Made by a program: the position numbers and the translations under genes. A stretch of DNA of 64,000 nt from an uncultured Eubacteriales bacterium (GTDB lineage Bacteria > Bacillota > Clostridia > Oscillospirales > Acutalibacteraceae), in NCBI GenBank assembly GCA_900315085.1, contig OMXW01000004.1:4399-68398 (forward strand), written 5' to 3'. The first letter of the stretch is position 1. Every line of letters begins with the position of its first letter. Below are positions 49,492 to 60,527 of this stretch, one piece after another. Under the pieces are notes generated by a model. That model was not told where the DNA came from, ran no database searches, and saw only the letters and a program-made list of their open reading frames with translations.

Positions 49492-50205
49492 ATGCAACCA
49501 AAATACAAGAGAATTCTTTTGAAGCTTTCAGGTGAAAGCCTTGCCGGTGAGGCAAAGCACGGCATTGATTTTGACACTGTTGTAAAAATATGCGAACCAA
49601 TCAAAAAGTGCGTAGATGAAGGCGTTCAGGTTGGCATTGTAGTAGGCGGAGGAAACTTCTGGCGCGGAAGAAGCTCGGGCGATATGGACAGGACCCGTGC
49701 GGATCACATGGGGATGCTCGCAACCACGATCAACGCACTCGGCGTTGCCGACGCTCTTGAGCAGCTCGGAGTTGAGGTAAGAGTTCAGACCGCGATCACA
49801 ATGCGCCAGGTAGCCGAGCCCTACATCCGCAACAAGGCGGTTACACATCTTGAAAAGGGCAGAGTAGTAATATTCGGCTGCGGAACGGGCAACCCGTTTT
49901 TCAGCACCGACACAGCCGCATCACTGAGAGCGGTTGAAATTGAGGCGGACGTAATCATGAAGGCAACAATGGTAGACGGCGTTTATGACAGCGATCCTAA
50001 GAAAAACCCCGACGCAAAGAAGTTTGACGTGATATCTTTCAGTGATGTTCTGAGCAAGGATCTGGCTGTTATGGACAGCACAGCCTCCGCGCTCTGCAAG
50101 GACAACAATCTGCCGATTCTCGTATTCAGCATCGACGATCCCGATAACATTTACAAGGCAGTATGCGGTGAAAACATCGGAACACTTGTAACAAACAAAG
50201 CGTAA
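49492..50205 (+). CDS. pyrH: UMP kinase
   Basis: [32 protein letters not shown]. Confidence 0.98.
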   Translation: MQPKYKRILLKLSGESLAGEAKHGIDFDTVVKICEPIKKCVDEGVQVGIVVGGGNFWRGRSSGDMDRTRADHMGMLATTINALGVADALEQLGVEVRVQTAITMRQVAEPYIRNKAVTHLEKGRVVIFGCGTGNPFFSTDTAASLRAVEIEADVIMKATMVDGVYDSDPKKNPDAKKFDVISFSDVLSKDLAVMDSTASALCKDNNLPILVFSIDDPDNIYKAVCGENIGTLVTNKA

Positions 50206-50242
50206 ATAATTTGATAATAAATATAAAACAGGAGGCATAAAT

Positions 50243-50797
50243 ATGAACGAACAGCTCAAAAAAGCAGAGGAAAGAATGAACCGACGCATCGATCATCTTT
50301 GCACCGAATATTCCGAAATCAGAGCGGGCAGAGCAAATCCCGCGGTTCTTGACAAGGTAAAGGTTGACTACTACGGCTCTCCTACACCTGTTAACCAGCT
50401 TGCCGCGGTGTCGGTAACAGAGGCAAGAACACTCACTATCCAGCCGTGGGACGCTTCAATTCTCAGACAAATCGAGAAAGCGATCCAGAAGTCGGATATC
50501 GGAATCAACCCCATGAACGACGGAAAGCTTATCCGTCTTGTATTCCCGCCGCTCACAGAGGACAGACGTAAGGAAATCGTAAAGGATGTTCAGAAGCTTG
50601 CCGAGGACTGCAAGGTTCAGATCCGTAACGTTCGCCGCGACACAATTGAAAAGCTCAAGGCAATGAAGAAAAAGGGCGAGCTGACCGAGGACGATTTAAA
50701 GCTTGCCGAGAAAAAGACACAGGATCTAACCGATAAATTCACCAAAAAGACAGATAAAATCTCAGCAGACAAACAGAAGGAAATTTTGGAGCTGTAA
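50243..50797 (+). CDS. frr: Ribosome recycling factor
   Basis: IRAGRANP, DYYG, P.LTE.RRKE, RNVRRD. Confidence 0.98.
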   Translation: MNEQLKKAEERMNRRIDHLCTEYSEIRAGRANPAVLDKVKVDYYGSPTPVNQLAAVSVTEARTLTIQPWDASILRQIEKAIQKSDIGINPMNDGKLIRLVFPPLTEDRRKEIVKDVQKLAEDCKVQIRNVRRDTIEKLKAMKKKGELTEDDLKLAEKKTQDLTDKFTKKTDKISADKQKEILEL

Positions 50798-50798
50798 T

Positions 50799-51551
50799 AT
50801 GGCATTTTTCGGAAAAAGCAAAAAAACCGATGAAAAATCGGACATATCTCAAATAATACTGCCCGCGCACGTGGGAATTATTATGGACGGAAACGGAAGA
50901 TGGGCAAAAAAGCGCGGACTTCCGCGCAAGGCGGGACACCGCGAGGGCGCAAAGACATTCAGAACTATTACTCGCTACTGCTCGGACATCGGAATTAAAT
51001 ATCTTACCGTTTACGCCTTTTCAACCGAAAACTGGAAGCGTCCCGAGGATGAAGTGGGCGCGCTTATGAGATTATTCAAGTCGTACCTTGAGGAAGCGCT
51101 CAGCGACTTCAAGGACGACGATATCGTCGTGCGCTTTATCGGCGACAAAAGCGGATTCAGCCCCGAGCTGCAGGCGCTTATGACCGAAAATGAGGAAAGC
51201 TCGGCTTCGCGAGACGGCATGGTTCTGAATATCGCAATGAATTACGGCAGCCGTGACGAAATTGTGCGCGCCGTAAAAAACATCTCCGCCGACGTAAGGG
51301 ACGGCAAGCTTGACGCGGAAAAAATCGACAGCGACCTTATCTCAGGCTATCTTTACACCGCGGGACAGCCCGACCCCGACTTGATAATCAGACCGAGCGG
51401 AGAATACCGAATTTCTAATTTTATGCTGTGGCAGGCGGCTTACACGGAGTTTGTAATTATGAACAAGCTCTGGCCGGACTTCACCACAGACGATATGGAC
51501 GAAGCACTTAGGATTTACGCTCAGCGCAACAGACGTTACGGTGGGGTCTAA
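50799..51551 (+). CDS. uppS: Undecaprenyl diphosphate synthase
   Basis: IMDGNGRWA, YAFSTENW.RP, R.SGE.R.SNF.LWQ, RRYGG. Confidence 0.97.
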   Translation: MAFFGKSKKTDEKSDISQIILPAHVGIIMDGNGRWAKKRGLPRKAGHREGAKTFRTITRYCSDIGIKYLTVYAFSTENWKRPEDEVGALMRLFKSYLEEALSDFKDDDIVVRFIGDKSGFSPELQALMTENEESSASRDGMVLNIAMNYGSRDEIVRAVKNISADVRDGKLDAEKIDSDLISGYLYTAGQPDPDLIIRPSGEYRISNFMLWQAAYTEFVIMNKLWPDFTTDDMDEALRIYAQRNRRYGGV

Positions 51552-51566
51552 AAGAGGAGGAATCAT

Positions 51567-52394
51567 ATGAATTCACTAAAACCCCGTTTGCTTACGGCGG
51601 CGGTGGGAATACCAGTCGCGCTTGTAATAATGATTCTCACGGAGCTTTGGCACCCGCTTGTTGGAATCATTGTCGGACTTGCAAACGGCATGATGGTTAC
51701 GGAATACCTTAACGCTAAGCGGCTTACAAACTGCTTGCCGCTGACGGTTGCCTGCGTTGCATTTTCTGTGATGACGCCTATTTTAATAGCTACGCCGTTC
51801 TGGTACATAATCGCGGTGCTTTACTTGCTCGGAGCGTTCGGAGTGCTGGTGTATCTTCACCAGAAGCTCACGTTTTCGTCGTTCACCTACGCGGTGTGCG
51901 GTTCCATGCTCATCACCTTCGGAATGAGTGCAATTCCGCTTGCGGCAAACAACAATGCAAGCTCAAGCTTCTTCTTTGTGCTGATCTTCCTGCTTCCTTG
52001 GATGGCTGACGGCGGCGGATATTTCATCGGCTCAAAGTTCGGAAAGCGCAAGCTTTGCCCAAAAATCAGCCCCAAAAAGACCGTTGAGGGAGCCTTGGGC
52101 GGACTTGTTTTCTGCCTTATTTCTGCGCTGCTTATGGGCATTATTTTCCAGCTCATCATCCGCGATTACAGAATCAACTTCTTTGCCATTATTCTTCTGG
52201 CGCTTCTTGATTCGGCGGTTTCAATTTTGGGCGACCTCAGCTTTTCGCTTATCAAGCGTCATCTCAGCATCAAGGACTACGGTTCATTCTTCCCGGGACA
52301 CGGCGGAGTTCTCGACCGTTTTGACAGCATCATATTTACCGCGCCCGTTGTTATTGCGGTAAATGTTGCTATTCCATTTTTGACAGCGGTGTAA
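51567..52394 (+). CDS. cdsA: Phosphatidate cytidylyltransferase
   Basis: ISPKKTVEG, GDL..S.IKR...IKD.G...PGHGG.LDRFDS. Confidence 0.95.
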   Translation: MNSLKPRLLTAAVGIPVALVIMILTELWHPLVGIIVGLANGMMVTEYLNAKRLTNCLPLTVACVAFSVMTPILIATPFWYIIAVLYLLGAFGVLVYLHQKLTFSSFTYAVCGSMLITFGMSAIPLAANNNASSSFFFVLIFLLPWMADGGGYFIGSKFGKRKLCPKISPKKTVEGALGGLVFCLISALLMGIIFQLIIRDYRINFFAIILLALLDSAVSILGDLSFSLIKRHLSIKDYGSFFPGHGGVLDRFDSIIFTAPVVIAVNVAIPFLTAV

Positions 52395-52397
52395 ATT

Positions 52398-53543
52398 ATG
52401 ATAAACAATATTTCTGTTTTAGGCTCAACAGGCTCAATCGGAACCCAGACGCTCGACGTTGTCGACAAGCTCGGAATGAACGTCTGCGCGCTGACTGCGG
52501 CTAAAAATATCGAACTGCTTGAAGACCAGGTAAGAAAATATAAGCCTCGGCTCGCCGTTGTTTTCGATGAGGAAAAGGCTAAAGAGCTGAAATTAAACAT
52601 AAGCGACACAGATACGCGCGTTCTCAGCGGAATGGACGGACTAATTGCCGCCGCTCAGATTGAAAGCGCGGAGCTTGTGCTCAATTCGGTAGTCGGAATG
52701 GTGGGACTTCTTCCTACCATTGCGGCGGCTAAGGCAAAAAAAGATATTGCCCTTGCAAATAAGGAAACTTTGGTCGCGGGCGGCAGCCTCGTGACCGACG
52801 CGGTAAAGGAAAACGGAGTAAAGCTTCTGCCGGTTGACAGCGAGCACTCAGCGATCTTTCAGTGTATTCAGGGAATGCCTGAAAAGCGAGCGCTAAAGAA
52901 GCTTATTTTAACCGCCTCGGGCGGTCCGTTTTTCGGAAAAACAGCCGCGGATTTGCAGAATACAACAGTAGAAGAAGCGCTGAATCATCCCAACTGGAGC
53001 ATGGGCGCCAAGATTACAATTGACTCCGCCTCCATGATGAACAAGGGACTTGAAATCATCGAGGCAGGCAGGCTGTTTGACGTTGACTGCGACCAAATCG
53101 ACGTTGTGGTTCACCGTGAAAGCATTGTTCATTCGCTCGTTGAGTTCACCGATAACTCGGTAATTGCTCAGCTCGGACTGCCGGACATGCGAATCCCGAT
53201 TCAGTACGCAATTACATATCCGAACCGCGAACCGTCTCCCGTAGCGGAGCTCAACCTCGCGCAAATCGGAAATCTCAGCTTCTTCGAGCCCGACTATGAA
53301 ACCTTCAAGTGCCTTACCGCATGCAAAAAGGCGTTTAAAATGGGAGGCGTCGCTACCGCAATCGCAAACGGCGCAAACGAGGAGGCAAACGCTCTGTTCC
53401 GTCAGGGCAAAATCAAATTCTTAGATATCGGCGAGCTGGTTTCCGGCGCGGTGGATAACGTCGAAAACTTCACGCCTAAAACCGTTGACGACGTGCTCAA
53501 AGCTGACGCTTTGGCGCGTAAATATGTAACTGACAGGGTATAA
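52398..53543 (+). CDS. dxr: DXP reductoisomerase
   Basis: LGSTGSIG, LANKE, PVDSEH.A, HPNWSMG.KIT.DS, PDMR.PI. Confidence 0.98.
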   Translation: MINNISVLGSTGSIGTQTLDVVDKLGMNVCALTAAKNIELLEDQVRKYKPRLAVVFDEEKAKELKLNISDTDTRVLSGMDGLIAAAQIESAELVLNSVVGMVGLLPTIAAAKAKKDIALANKETLVAGGSLVTDAVKENGVKLLPVDSEHSAIFQCIQGMPEKRALKKLILTASGGPFFGKTAADLQNTTVEEALNHPNWSMGAKITIDSASMMNKGLEIIEAGRLFDVDCDQIDVVVHRESIVHSLVEFTDNSVIAQLGLPDMRIPIQYAITYPNREPSPVAELNLAQIGNLSFFEPDYETFKCLTACKKAFKMGGVATAIANGANEEANALFRQGKIKFLDIGELVSGAVDNVENFTPKTVDDVLKADALARKYVTDRV

Positions 53544-53549
53544 TATTAT

Positions 53550-53622
53550 ATGTCATTCCGACCGGGCAGGAAAACACAGGTTTCTGCATTGTGAGATCCT
53601 TCGACTACGCTCAGAATGACAT
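53550..53622. repeat. Family A REP doublet inside the dxr-rseP operon
   Basis: atgtcattccgacc...gatccttcgactacgctcagaatgacat. Confidence 0.8.
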
Positions 53623-53689
53623 CTTCATTTAGCAAAATAGGGTATATGGAATAAATCATCTTGCGGAATAAATTTTTGGAGATGTATAA

Positions 53690-55081
53690 ATGCAAATATT
53701 AATTACAATAGCATTAATCGTAATAGGAGTTCTTCTTTTTGAATTCATAATCTTCGCGCATGAGTTCGGCCATTTTATCACCGCAAAACGCTCGGGAGTT
53801 CAGGTGAACGAGTTCGCGCTCGGCATGGGGCCAAAGATTTTCAGCTTTACAAAGGGTGAAACAAAGTACTCGCTCCGACTTTTTCCCGTAGGCGGCTACT
53901 GCGCAATGGAGGGCGAGGACGAGGAAAGCGCAAATCCGCGCGCGTTTGTAAACGCCAAAATCTGGAAGCGAATGATTATTATCGTCGCAGGCGCATTTAT
54001 GAACTTTGTAATCGGATTTATTTTTGTATTCATTCTTACGCTTTTCACTCCTCAGTTCGGCACAACTACGGTTGAGCAGTTCGCTCCCAACGCGGCGTCT
54101 TCCTGCTCGGGACTCAGACAGGGCGACCAAATCATCTCGGTTGACGGCTACAGAACATTGAACACCAAGGATTTGCAGTTTGCGATCCAGACGCTCAACT
54201 ACAAAAACGTCGATCCCAAGTCGCTTGAAATCTACAGTGAGGACTGCACACAGCAGCTCACCTCGCTCTATTCCAAGCTCGTTACCGACAACAAGCTCTC
54301 CGACGAAAAGAGCAGTGAGCTTTACAATAACGTTTTGATGACGTACTCCGATAAAATCAGCGTTGCTTCCGACAAAGACAAGGCTTACAGCCTGATGAAA
54401 CAGGGAGTTGACGAGCTTTACAAGGTTTCTGGAATAAGCAAGCCAAAGGACTTCAAGTACCCCGAAATTGAAGTAAGGGACGAGAGGATCCGCTTCACGG
54501 GCGACGTCAAGGTGCTCCGCGACGGCAAGGAAACCGAGCTCAGGGACGTAATGTTCTTTACCTATTATAAGGATGAAAAGGCAAAGGAAGAACAAAAGTA
54601 TTCCGTAATGATGGACTTTTATGTTTCCGCAAAAGAAAAAAACTTCGGCACTGTAATTGAGGAATCCTTCACAAATACGCTCACAATGGCGCGTTCGGTG
54701 TGGAAATCGCTTGTGATGCTCGTTCAGGGCAGATTCTCGTTTAACGAGCTTTCCGGTCCGGTAGGCATGACAAAGGCGGTTGAAACCGTCGCCTCGGAAG
54801 GTCTTAACAACGGAGGCTTCGGCGTGGCGGTGTTCAATATTCTAAGTATTATGGCTCTTATTACAGTCAACCTCGGTATAGTAAATATGCTTCCGTTCCC
54901 GGCTCTTGACGGCGGAAGATTTGTGTTCCTGCTGATTGAGGCTATTTTCCGCAAGCCCGTTCCGCGCAAGGTTGAGTATATAGTCAACGCCGCGGGTCTG
55001 GCGCTGCTGCTGGGATTCATAGCTGTTATTTCGGTCAAGGATATTTTTCAGCTTGTCACGGGAACTTTCCCCACAATTTAG
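53690..55081 (+). CDS. rseP: RseP/RasP site-2 protease (M50) with an insertion in the PDZ region
   Basis: HEFGH, GGYC.MEGE, GL..GD.I..VDG, NMLPFPALDGG. Confidence 0.92.
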   Translation: MQILITIALIVIGVLLFEFIIFAHEFGHFITAKRSGVQVNEFALGMGPKIFSFTKGETKYSLRLFPVGGYCAMEGEDEESANPRAFVNAKIWKRMIIIVAGAFMNFVIGFIFVFILTLFTPQFGTTTVEQFAPNAASSCSGLRQGDQIISVDGYRTLNTKDLQFAIQTLNYKNVDPKSLEIYSEDCTQQLTSLYSKLVTDNKLSDEKSSELYNNVLMTYSDKISVASDKDKAYSLMKQGVDELYKVSGISKPKDFKYPEIEVRDERIRFTGDVKVLRDGKETELRDVMFFTYYKDEKAKEEQKYSVMMDFYVSAKEKNFGTVIEESFTNTLTMARSVWKSLVMLVQGRFSFNELSGPVGMTKAVETVASEGLNNGGFGVAVFNILSIMALITVNLGIVNMLPFPALDGGRFVFLLIEAIFRKPVPRKVEYIVNAAGLALLLGFIAVISVKDIFQLVTGTFPTI

Positions 55082-55090
55082 GAGGATATT

Positions 55091-56134
55091 ATGGCGAGTA
55101 AAATTCAGGTTAAAGCGGGAAACGTATGCATAGGCGGCGGAGCTCAGGTTTCCGTTCAGTCAATGCTCAACGTTCCCTCAACAGATATAGAAGGCTCGGT
55201 CAATCAGGCAAAAAAGCTTGAAGCGGCGGGCTGCCAAATAATCCGCGCGGCGATCCCCGACATGGACGCGGTAAAGCTTATTCCCGCTCTGAAGGAAGCG
55301 GTAAGCGTTCCGATTGTCGCCGACATTCACTTTAACTACAAGCTTGCGCTCGAGGCGTGCGCGGCAGGTATCGATAAAATCCGCATAAACCCCGGCAACA
55401 TAGGTTCTGACGACAGGGTAAAGGCGGTTGCCGACGCGTGCAGAGCGAGGAATATTCCAATCCGAATCGGAGTAAACTCAGGCTCTCTCGAAAAGGAGAT
55501 ACTCGCAAAGTACGGTCATCCAACGCCTCAGGCGCTCTGCGACAGCGCGCTTTATCACGCGTCGCTGCTTGAAAAATTCGACTTCACCGACATTGTGCTC
55601 TCAATGAAAAGCTCAACCGTTTCAACAATGATCCAAGCGTATGAGCTTGCAGCACAGCAGTGCGACTATCCGCTTCACCTCGGCGTTACCGAGGCAGGCA
55701 CAGAGCGCATGGGAATAATAAAATCCGCCGCGGGAATCGGTTCGCTGCTCCTCCACGGAATAGGCGACACAATCCGCGTATCTCTCACAGCCGACCCTGT
55801 GCGCGAGGTTTACGCCGCGTACGATATACTTAAGGCGCTCGACATCAAGAAGGACGGAATCCAATTCGTATCCTGTCCAACCTGCGGCAGAACAAGAATT
55901 GACCTCGTAAAAATCGCGAACGAGGTTGAGGAGCGGCTTCGCGGCTGCAACAAAAACATCAAGGTAGCCGTTATGGGCTGCGTTGTAAACGGACCGGGAG
56001 AAGCCAGAGAAGCCGACATCGGAATTGCCGGCGGCGACGGCTGCGGTCTTGTGTTCAAAAAGGGCGAGGTGCTCTACAAGGTTGACGAGGACAAGCTTGT
56101 TGACGCCCTGATGGACGAAATCGAAAAACTATAA
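55091..56134 (+). CDS. ispG: HMBPP synthase
   Basis: VQSM, ADIHF, RINPGN, HLGVTEAG, CPTCGR, MGCVVNGPGE. Confidence 0.98.
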   Translation: MASKIQVKAGNVCIGGGAQVSVQSMLNVPSTDIEGSVNQAKKLEAAGCQIIRAAIPDMDAVKLIPALKEAVSVPIVADIHFNYKLALEACAAGIDKIRINPGNIGSDDRVKAVADACRARNIPIRIGVNSGSLEKEILAKYGHPTPQALCDSALYHASLLEKFDFTDIVLSMKSSTVSTMIQAYELAAQQCDYPLHLGVTEAGTERMGIIKSAAGIGSLLLHGIGDTIRVSLTADPVREVYAAYDILKALDIKKDGIQFVSCPTCGRTRIDLVKIANEVEERLRGCNKNIKVAVMGCVVNGPGEAREADIGIAGGDGCGLVFKKGEVLYKVDEDKLVDALMDEIEKL

Positions 56135-56153
56135 GCATCAGAGAAGGAAATGT

Positions 56154-59100
56154 ATGAAAACAATCGGTGAACTTTTTACCTCGCTCCCGAACGGCGCGGC
56201 AGTTTCTTCCGCAATCGCTCAGGGCGAGGTAACAAAGGTCAATATACATAATGAGGTAAGGCTTGTCACGCTGTGGGTCACCTTTGGCTCGCTGATCAAC
56301 CGTGACGAGCTGATTGCCGCAGAAAAGCTTTTTTCATCCGCGCTCGACGCTTCGGTAATAATCAAGCCGTATTTTGGCGAAAAGCTGTTTACGGCGGATT
56401 ATTTTCCGCAGCTATACGCGGCGGTCAAGCGTGAAATTCCAAGCATAAACGGCACGCTCAATAACGCCGAGGTACAGTTTGACGGCGAAGCGCTCACAAT
56501 CACCCTTCAAAACGGCGGAAAGGCTATTTTGGAGGCGAAGCGGTTTGACGAAATCCTGCTCAGATATATCCGCGAGGAGTTCGGCTTGAATCTGCGCGTG
56601 AATTACACTGGCACGTTTGAAGCCAGCGAGCAAAGCGACGAGTACAGGCAGGTAATGCAGAGCGCAAAAAAACAGCAGGAGCGCGAGCAGCTTCAAAAGG
56701 CAGCCGAATTCTTCAAGGCTGACGAGGAGGTAAGCGACCAGATCCGCGAACGTCAGGCTGAGGACGCGCTGACCGAGGTTGAGATCCGCGAGGGAAAATT
56801 CACCACTCCGCAGATCATCCAAAGCTCGGTTCGTCCGCTGTACGGAAGAAGTATACGCGGCTCAATAGTGCCGATCGATTCAATCGCGAACGCCGCAGGC
56901 AGCGTAGTAGTCTGGGGCGATGTGGTTGAGGTTGAAAAGCGCACCACCAAAAACGGAAAAAACAACATTTTTACAATAGATATTACCGACTACACTGGTT
57001 CAATTACCGTCAAGGTGTTCGACAGCATAAACGCCACACAGCCGATTGACGGCTTAAAAGCCGGCGCGACGGTAGTTGTAATGGGCAAGGTTCAGTACGA
57101 CGAGTTCATTAAAGAGGTCGTGCTGAGCGCAAACTCAATCGGCACCGCGAAGAAGATAAAGGTAGTAGACAAAGCCGAAACAAAGCGCGTTGAGCTCCAC
57201 CTGCATACGAATATGTCGCAGATGGACGCGCTCACTCCCGCTGGCGAGCTTGTTAAGCGCGCCTATAACTGGGGACACAAGGCGGTAGCGATCACCGACC
57301 ACGGTGTTGCGCAGGCATTCCCCGACGCAATGCACGCCGCCGACGATATAGCATATTCCGGCGGAGAAATCAAGGTCATCTACGGCACAGAAGCCTACTT
57401 CATGGACGACCTTGTAGAGTCCGTCACGGGCGACAAGAACGAAAGCTTTGAGGGCACCTTCATCTGCTTCGATATCGAGACGACCGGGCTTTCACCCTTA
57501 AAGGATAAAATCACCGAAATCGGCGCGGTCAAGGTCGTAAACGGCGAGATAACCGATATCTTCTCAACCTTCGCCAATCCCGAGATGCCGATACCCCAAA
57601 AGATTACCGAGCTTACGGGAATTACCGACGAAATGGTTAAGGACGCGCCCTCTCAGAGTGAGGCGGTCACAGCGTTCCTTGAATTTGCGGGCGATAATAT
57701 TCTGGTTGCTCATAACGCTCCGTTCGATACCTCGTTTATACGCCGCGCGTGTCAGAATATGAACCGCGAATATAACTACACCTCAATCGATACCGTGGCA
57801 ATAGCGAGAGCGATTTTGCCCGACATCAAGAACGTCAAGCTCGACACCGTGGCAAATTATCTCCGTCTCGGAAAGTTCAACCACCACAGAGCTACCGACG
57901 ACGCGGAGATCCTCGCAAAAATCTTCATCAGCCTTTGTTCAAGACTGAGCGACGATTACGGTATAAAGGAATCCGGCGACATCAACACAAAAATCGCGGG
58001 CGGCGACTTCAAAAAGCTGCCGACGTATCATCAGATAATTCTTGCAAAGAATAAAACAGGCTTAAAAAATCTCTACAAGCTGATTTCCTACAGCCACCTG
58101 AACACCTTCTACAAAAAGCCGAGAATACCAAAAAGCAAGCTCGTTGAGCACAGGGAGGGGCTGATAATCGGCTCGGCGTGCTGCGAGGGACAGCTTTATA
58201 AGGCTATTCTAAAGGGCGCGCCGTGGGGAGAGCTGAAAAGCATAGCCTCATTCTACGATTATCTTGAAATCCAGCCCTCGGGCAACAATGAATTTTTGAT
58301 CCGCAACGGCACGTTCAAAAACGTGCAGGAGCTACGCGAAATAGACAAAACAATCATAAGGCTGGGCAGAGAGCTCAACAAGCCCGTCTGCGCAACCTGC
58401 GACGTTCATTTTATAGATCCGCACTGCGCCGAGTACCGTAAAATCCTGCAGGCGGCGCTGAAATTCAAGGACGCCGACAATCAGGCTCCGCTGTATTTCA
58501 GAACCACCGCCGAAATGCTAAAGGAATTTGAGTGGCTCGGCAAGGATAAGGCATACGAGGTCGTCGTTACAAATCCGAACAAAATCGCGGAGATGTGCGA
58601 TAACATCAGACCTATCCCCGAGGGAACCTTCCCTCCGAATATCGAGGGCGCTCAGGAGCAGCTCATCGATATCACATGGAAGCGCGCCAAGGACAAATAC
58701 GGCGATCCGCTTCCCGAAATCGTTCAGAAAAGACTTGAAAAAGAGCTGAACTCAATCACAACCTACGGTTTCTCGGTGCTCTATATGACCGCTCAGAAGC
58801 TTGTTGCCGACAGTGAGGCGCACGGCTATCTGGTAGGAAGCCGTGGATCGGTAGGCTCGTCGTTCGTAGCAACGATGTCGGGTATCTCCGAGGTCAATCC
58901 GCTCTGTCCTCACTACATTTGTCCAAAGTGCAAGCACAGCGAGTTCATCACCGACGGCAGCTACGGCTCGGGCTTTGACCTGCCTCCTAAGGACTGCCCC
59001 GAATGCGGCGAGCACATGGACCAGGACGGTCACGAAATCCCGTTTGAAACCTTCCTCGGCTTCAAGGGCGACAAGGTCCCTGATATCGACCTCAATTTCA

Positions 59101-60515
59101 GCGGAGAGTACCAGTCCAAATCCCACCGCTACACAGAGGAGCTGTTCGGAAAGAACAACGTATTCAAGGCGGGCACGATCTCAACCGTCGCCGAAAAAAC
59201 CGCGATCGGCTTTGCAAAGAAATACCTTGAGGAACGCGGCTTGAGCCGCAACAAGGCGGAGCTAAAGCGGCTTGCAAAGGGCTGCACGGGCGTTAAGCGT
59301 ACAACGGGTCAGCACCCCGGCGGCATGGTTGTTGTTCCGCGCACAAACGAGGTCTACGACTTCTGTCCGGTTCAGCACCCCGCGAACGATATGACCTCTG
59401 ACAACATCACCACGCACTTCGACTTCCATTCAATCCACGATACGATCACCAAGCTCGACGAGCTCGGACACGATGTTCCTACCATCTATCACTATCTCGA
59501 GCTGTTCACGGGAATCCCGGTAATGAAGGTCTCAATGAGCGACCCCGACGTTATGTCGCTGTTCACCTCTCCAAAGGCGCTCGGCGTAACCGAGGAGGAT
59601 ATCGACAGCAAAACGGGCACATTCAGTATTCCCGAATGCGGCACAAGCTTTGTTCGCGGAATGCTCATTGAGTCAAAGCCCAAGACCTTCACCGACCTTC
59701 TGCAGATCTCCGGACTGTCCCACGGAACCGACGTATGGCTCGGCAACGCTCAGGATTTGATCCACAACGGAACCTGCACGATTTCTGAGGTTATCGGAAC
59801 GCGTGACTCAATTATGACCTACCTAATGCACAAGGGACTTGACAGCTCAATGGCATTTAAAATCATGGAAATTGTGCGTAAGGGCAAATCAACAAAGCTC
59901 CTTACCGAGGAGCACTTCAAGGCGATGCGCGAGCATAATGTTCCCGAGTGGTACATCGACTCGTGTATGAAAATCAAGTACATGTTCCCCAAGGCTCACG
60001 CAGCGGCGTATATGATAGCCGCGCTCAGACTTGGCTGGTACAAGGTTCACAAGCCCACCGAATACTACGCGGCGTACTTCACCGTCCGCAGCGAAAATCT
60101 TGACGGCGCGCTGCTTATGCAGGGACACACCGCGGTTAAGGCAAAGATGAACCAGATAAAGCAGATGCAGAATAATCACGAGTCCTCCGACAAGGACGAC
60201 AAGGATTATCAGACGCTGCAGATCGTCAACGAGATGCTGGCTCGCGGAGTTCAGATCCTGCCGATTGACATCTATAAATCGGAAGCAAAAATGTTTGTAG
60301 TTGAGGACGGAAAAATCAGGCTGCCGTTCTCGTCACTTCCCGGCGTAGGCGAAGCCGCTGCCATCTCACTTGCGGAAGAGGGCAAAAAAGGGGAGTACCT
60401 GTCAATTGAAGATATGCAGGTAAAAACCAAGGTAACCAAGGCGGTTATTGAAACTCTTTCGTCGGTCGGCGTGCTGAACGGACTTCCCGAGACCTCGCAA
60501 ATGTCTTTGTTCTAA
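56154..60515 (+). CDS. polC: DNA polymerase III PolC-type
   Basis: RVELHLHT, AITDHG, exonuclease FDIETTG, GSRGSVGSS, PDIDLNFSG, YMFPKAHA. Confidence 0.98.
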   Translation: MKTIGELFTSLPNGAAVSSAIAQGEVTKVNIHNEVRLVTLWVTFGSLINRDELIAAEKLFSSALDASVIIKPYFGEKLFTADYFPQLYAAVKREIPSINGTLNNAEVQFDGEALTITLQNGGKAILEAKRFDEILLRYIREEFGLNLRVNYTGTFEASEQSDEYRQVMQSAKKQQEREQLQKAAEFFKADEEVSDQIRERQAEDALTEVEIREGKFTTPQIIQSSVRPLYGRSIRGSIVPIDSIANAAGSVVVWGDVVEVEKRTTKNGKNNIFTIDITDYTGSITVKVFDSINATQPIDGLKAGATVVVMGKVQYDEFIKEVVLSANSIGTAKKIKVVDKAETKRVELHLHTNMSQMDALTPAGELVKRAYNWGHKAVAITDHGVAQAFPDAMHAADDIAYSGGEIKVIYGTEAYFMDDLVESVTGDKNESFEGTFICFDIETTGLSPLKDKITEIGAVKVVNGEITDIFSTFANPEMPIPQKITELTGITDEMVKDAPSQSEAVTAFLEFAGDNILVAHNAPFDTSFIRRACQNMNREYNYTSIDTVAIARAILPDIKNVKLDTVANYLRLGKFNHHRATDDAEILAKIFISLCSRLSDDYGIKESGDINTKIAGGDFKKLPTYHQIILAKNKTGLKNLYKLISYSHLNTFYKKPRIPKSKLVEHREGLIIGSACCEGQLYKAILKGAPWGELKSIASFYDYLEIQPSGNNEFLIRNGTFKNVQELREIDKTIIRLGRELNKPVCATCDVHFIDPHCAEYRKILQAALKFKDADNQAPLYFRTTAEMLKEFEWLGKDKAYEVVVTNPNKIAEMCDNIRPIPEGTFPPNIEGAQEQLIDITWKRAKDKYGDPLPEIVQKRLEKELNSITTYGFSVLYMTAQKLVADSEAHGYLVGSRGSVGSSFVATMSGISEVNPLCPHYICPKCKHSEFITDGSYGSGFDLPPKDCPECGEHMDQDGHEIPFETFLGFKGDKVPDIDLNFSGEYQSKSHRYTEELFGKNNVFKAGTISTVAEKTAIGFAKKYLEERGLSRNKAELKRLAKGCTGVKRTTGQHPGGMVVVPRTNEVYDFCPVQHPANDMTSDNITTHFDFHSIHDTITKLDELGHDVPTIYHYLELFTGIPVMKVSMSDPDVMSLFTSPKALGVTEEDIDSKTGTFSIPECGTSFVRGMLIESKPKTFTDLLQISGLSHGTDVWLGNAQDLIHNGTCTISEVIGTRDSIMTYLMHKGLDSSMAFKIMEIVRKGKSTKLLTEEHFKAMREHNVPEWYIDSCMKIKYMFPKAHAAAYMIAALRLGWYKVHKPTEYYAAYFTVRSENLDGALLMQGHTAVKAKMNQIKQMQNNHESSDKDDKDYQTLQIVNEMLARGVQILPIDIYKSEAKMFVVEDGKIRLPFSSLPGVGEAAAISLAEEGKKGEYLSIEDMQVKTKVTKAVIETLSSVGVLNGLPETSQMSLF

Positions 60516-60527
60516 GGAGGAATTGTA

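Noticed and set aside
53714-54595. Long antisense ORFs (293 aa here; also 30153-30842, 18636-19283, 17881-18522, 40953-41606)
   Set aside because: They are shadow frames opposite well-supported genes and carry no motifs of their own.
56154-60515. Intein or intron in polC
   Set aside because: The length of 1453 aa and the continuous motifs are typical of PolC; no splicing motifs were seen.
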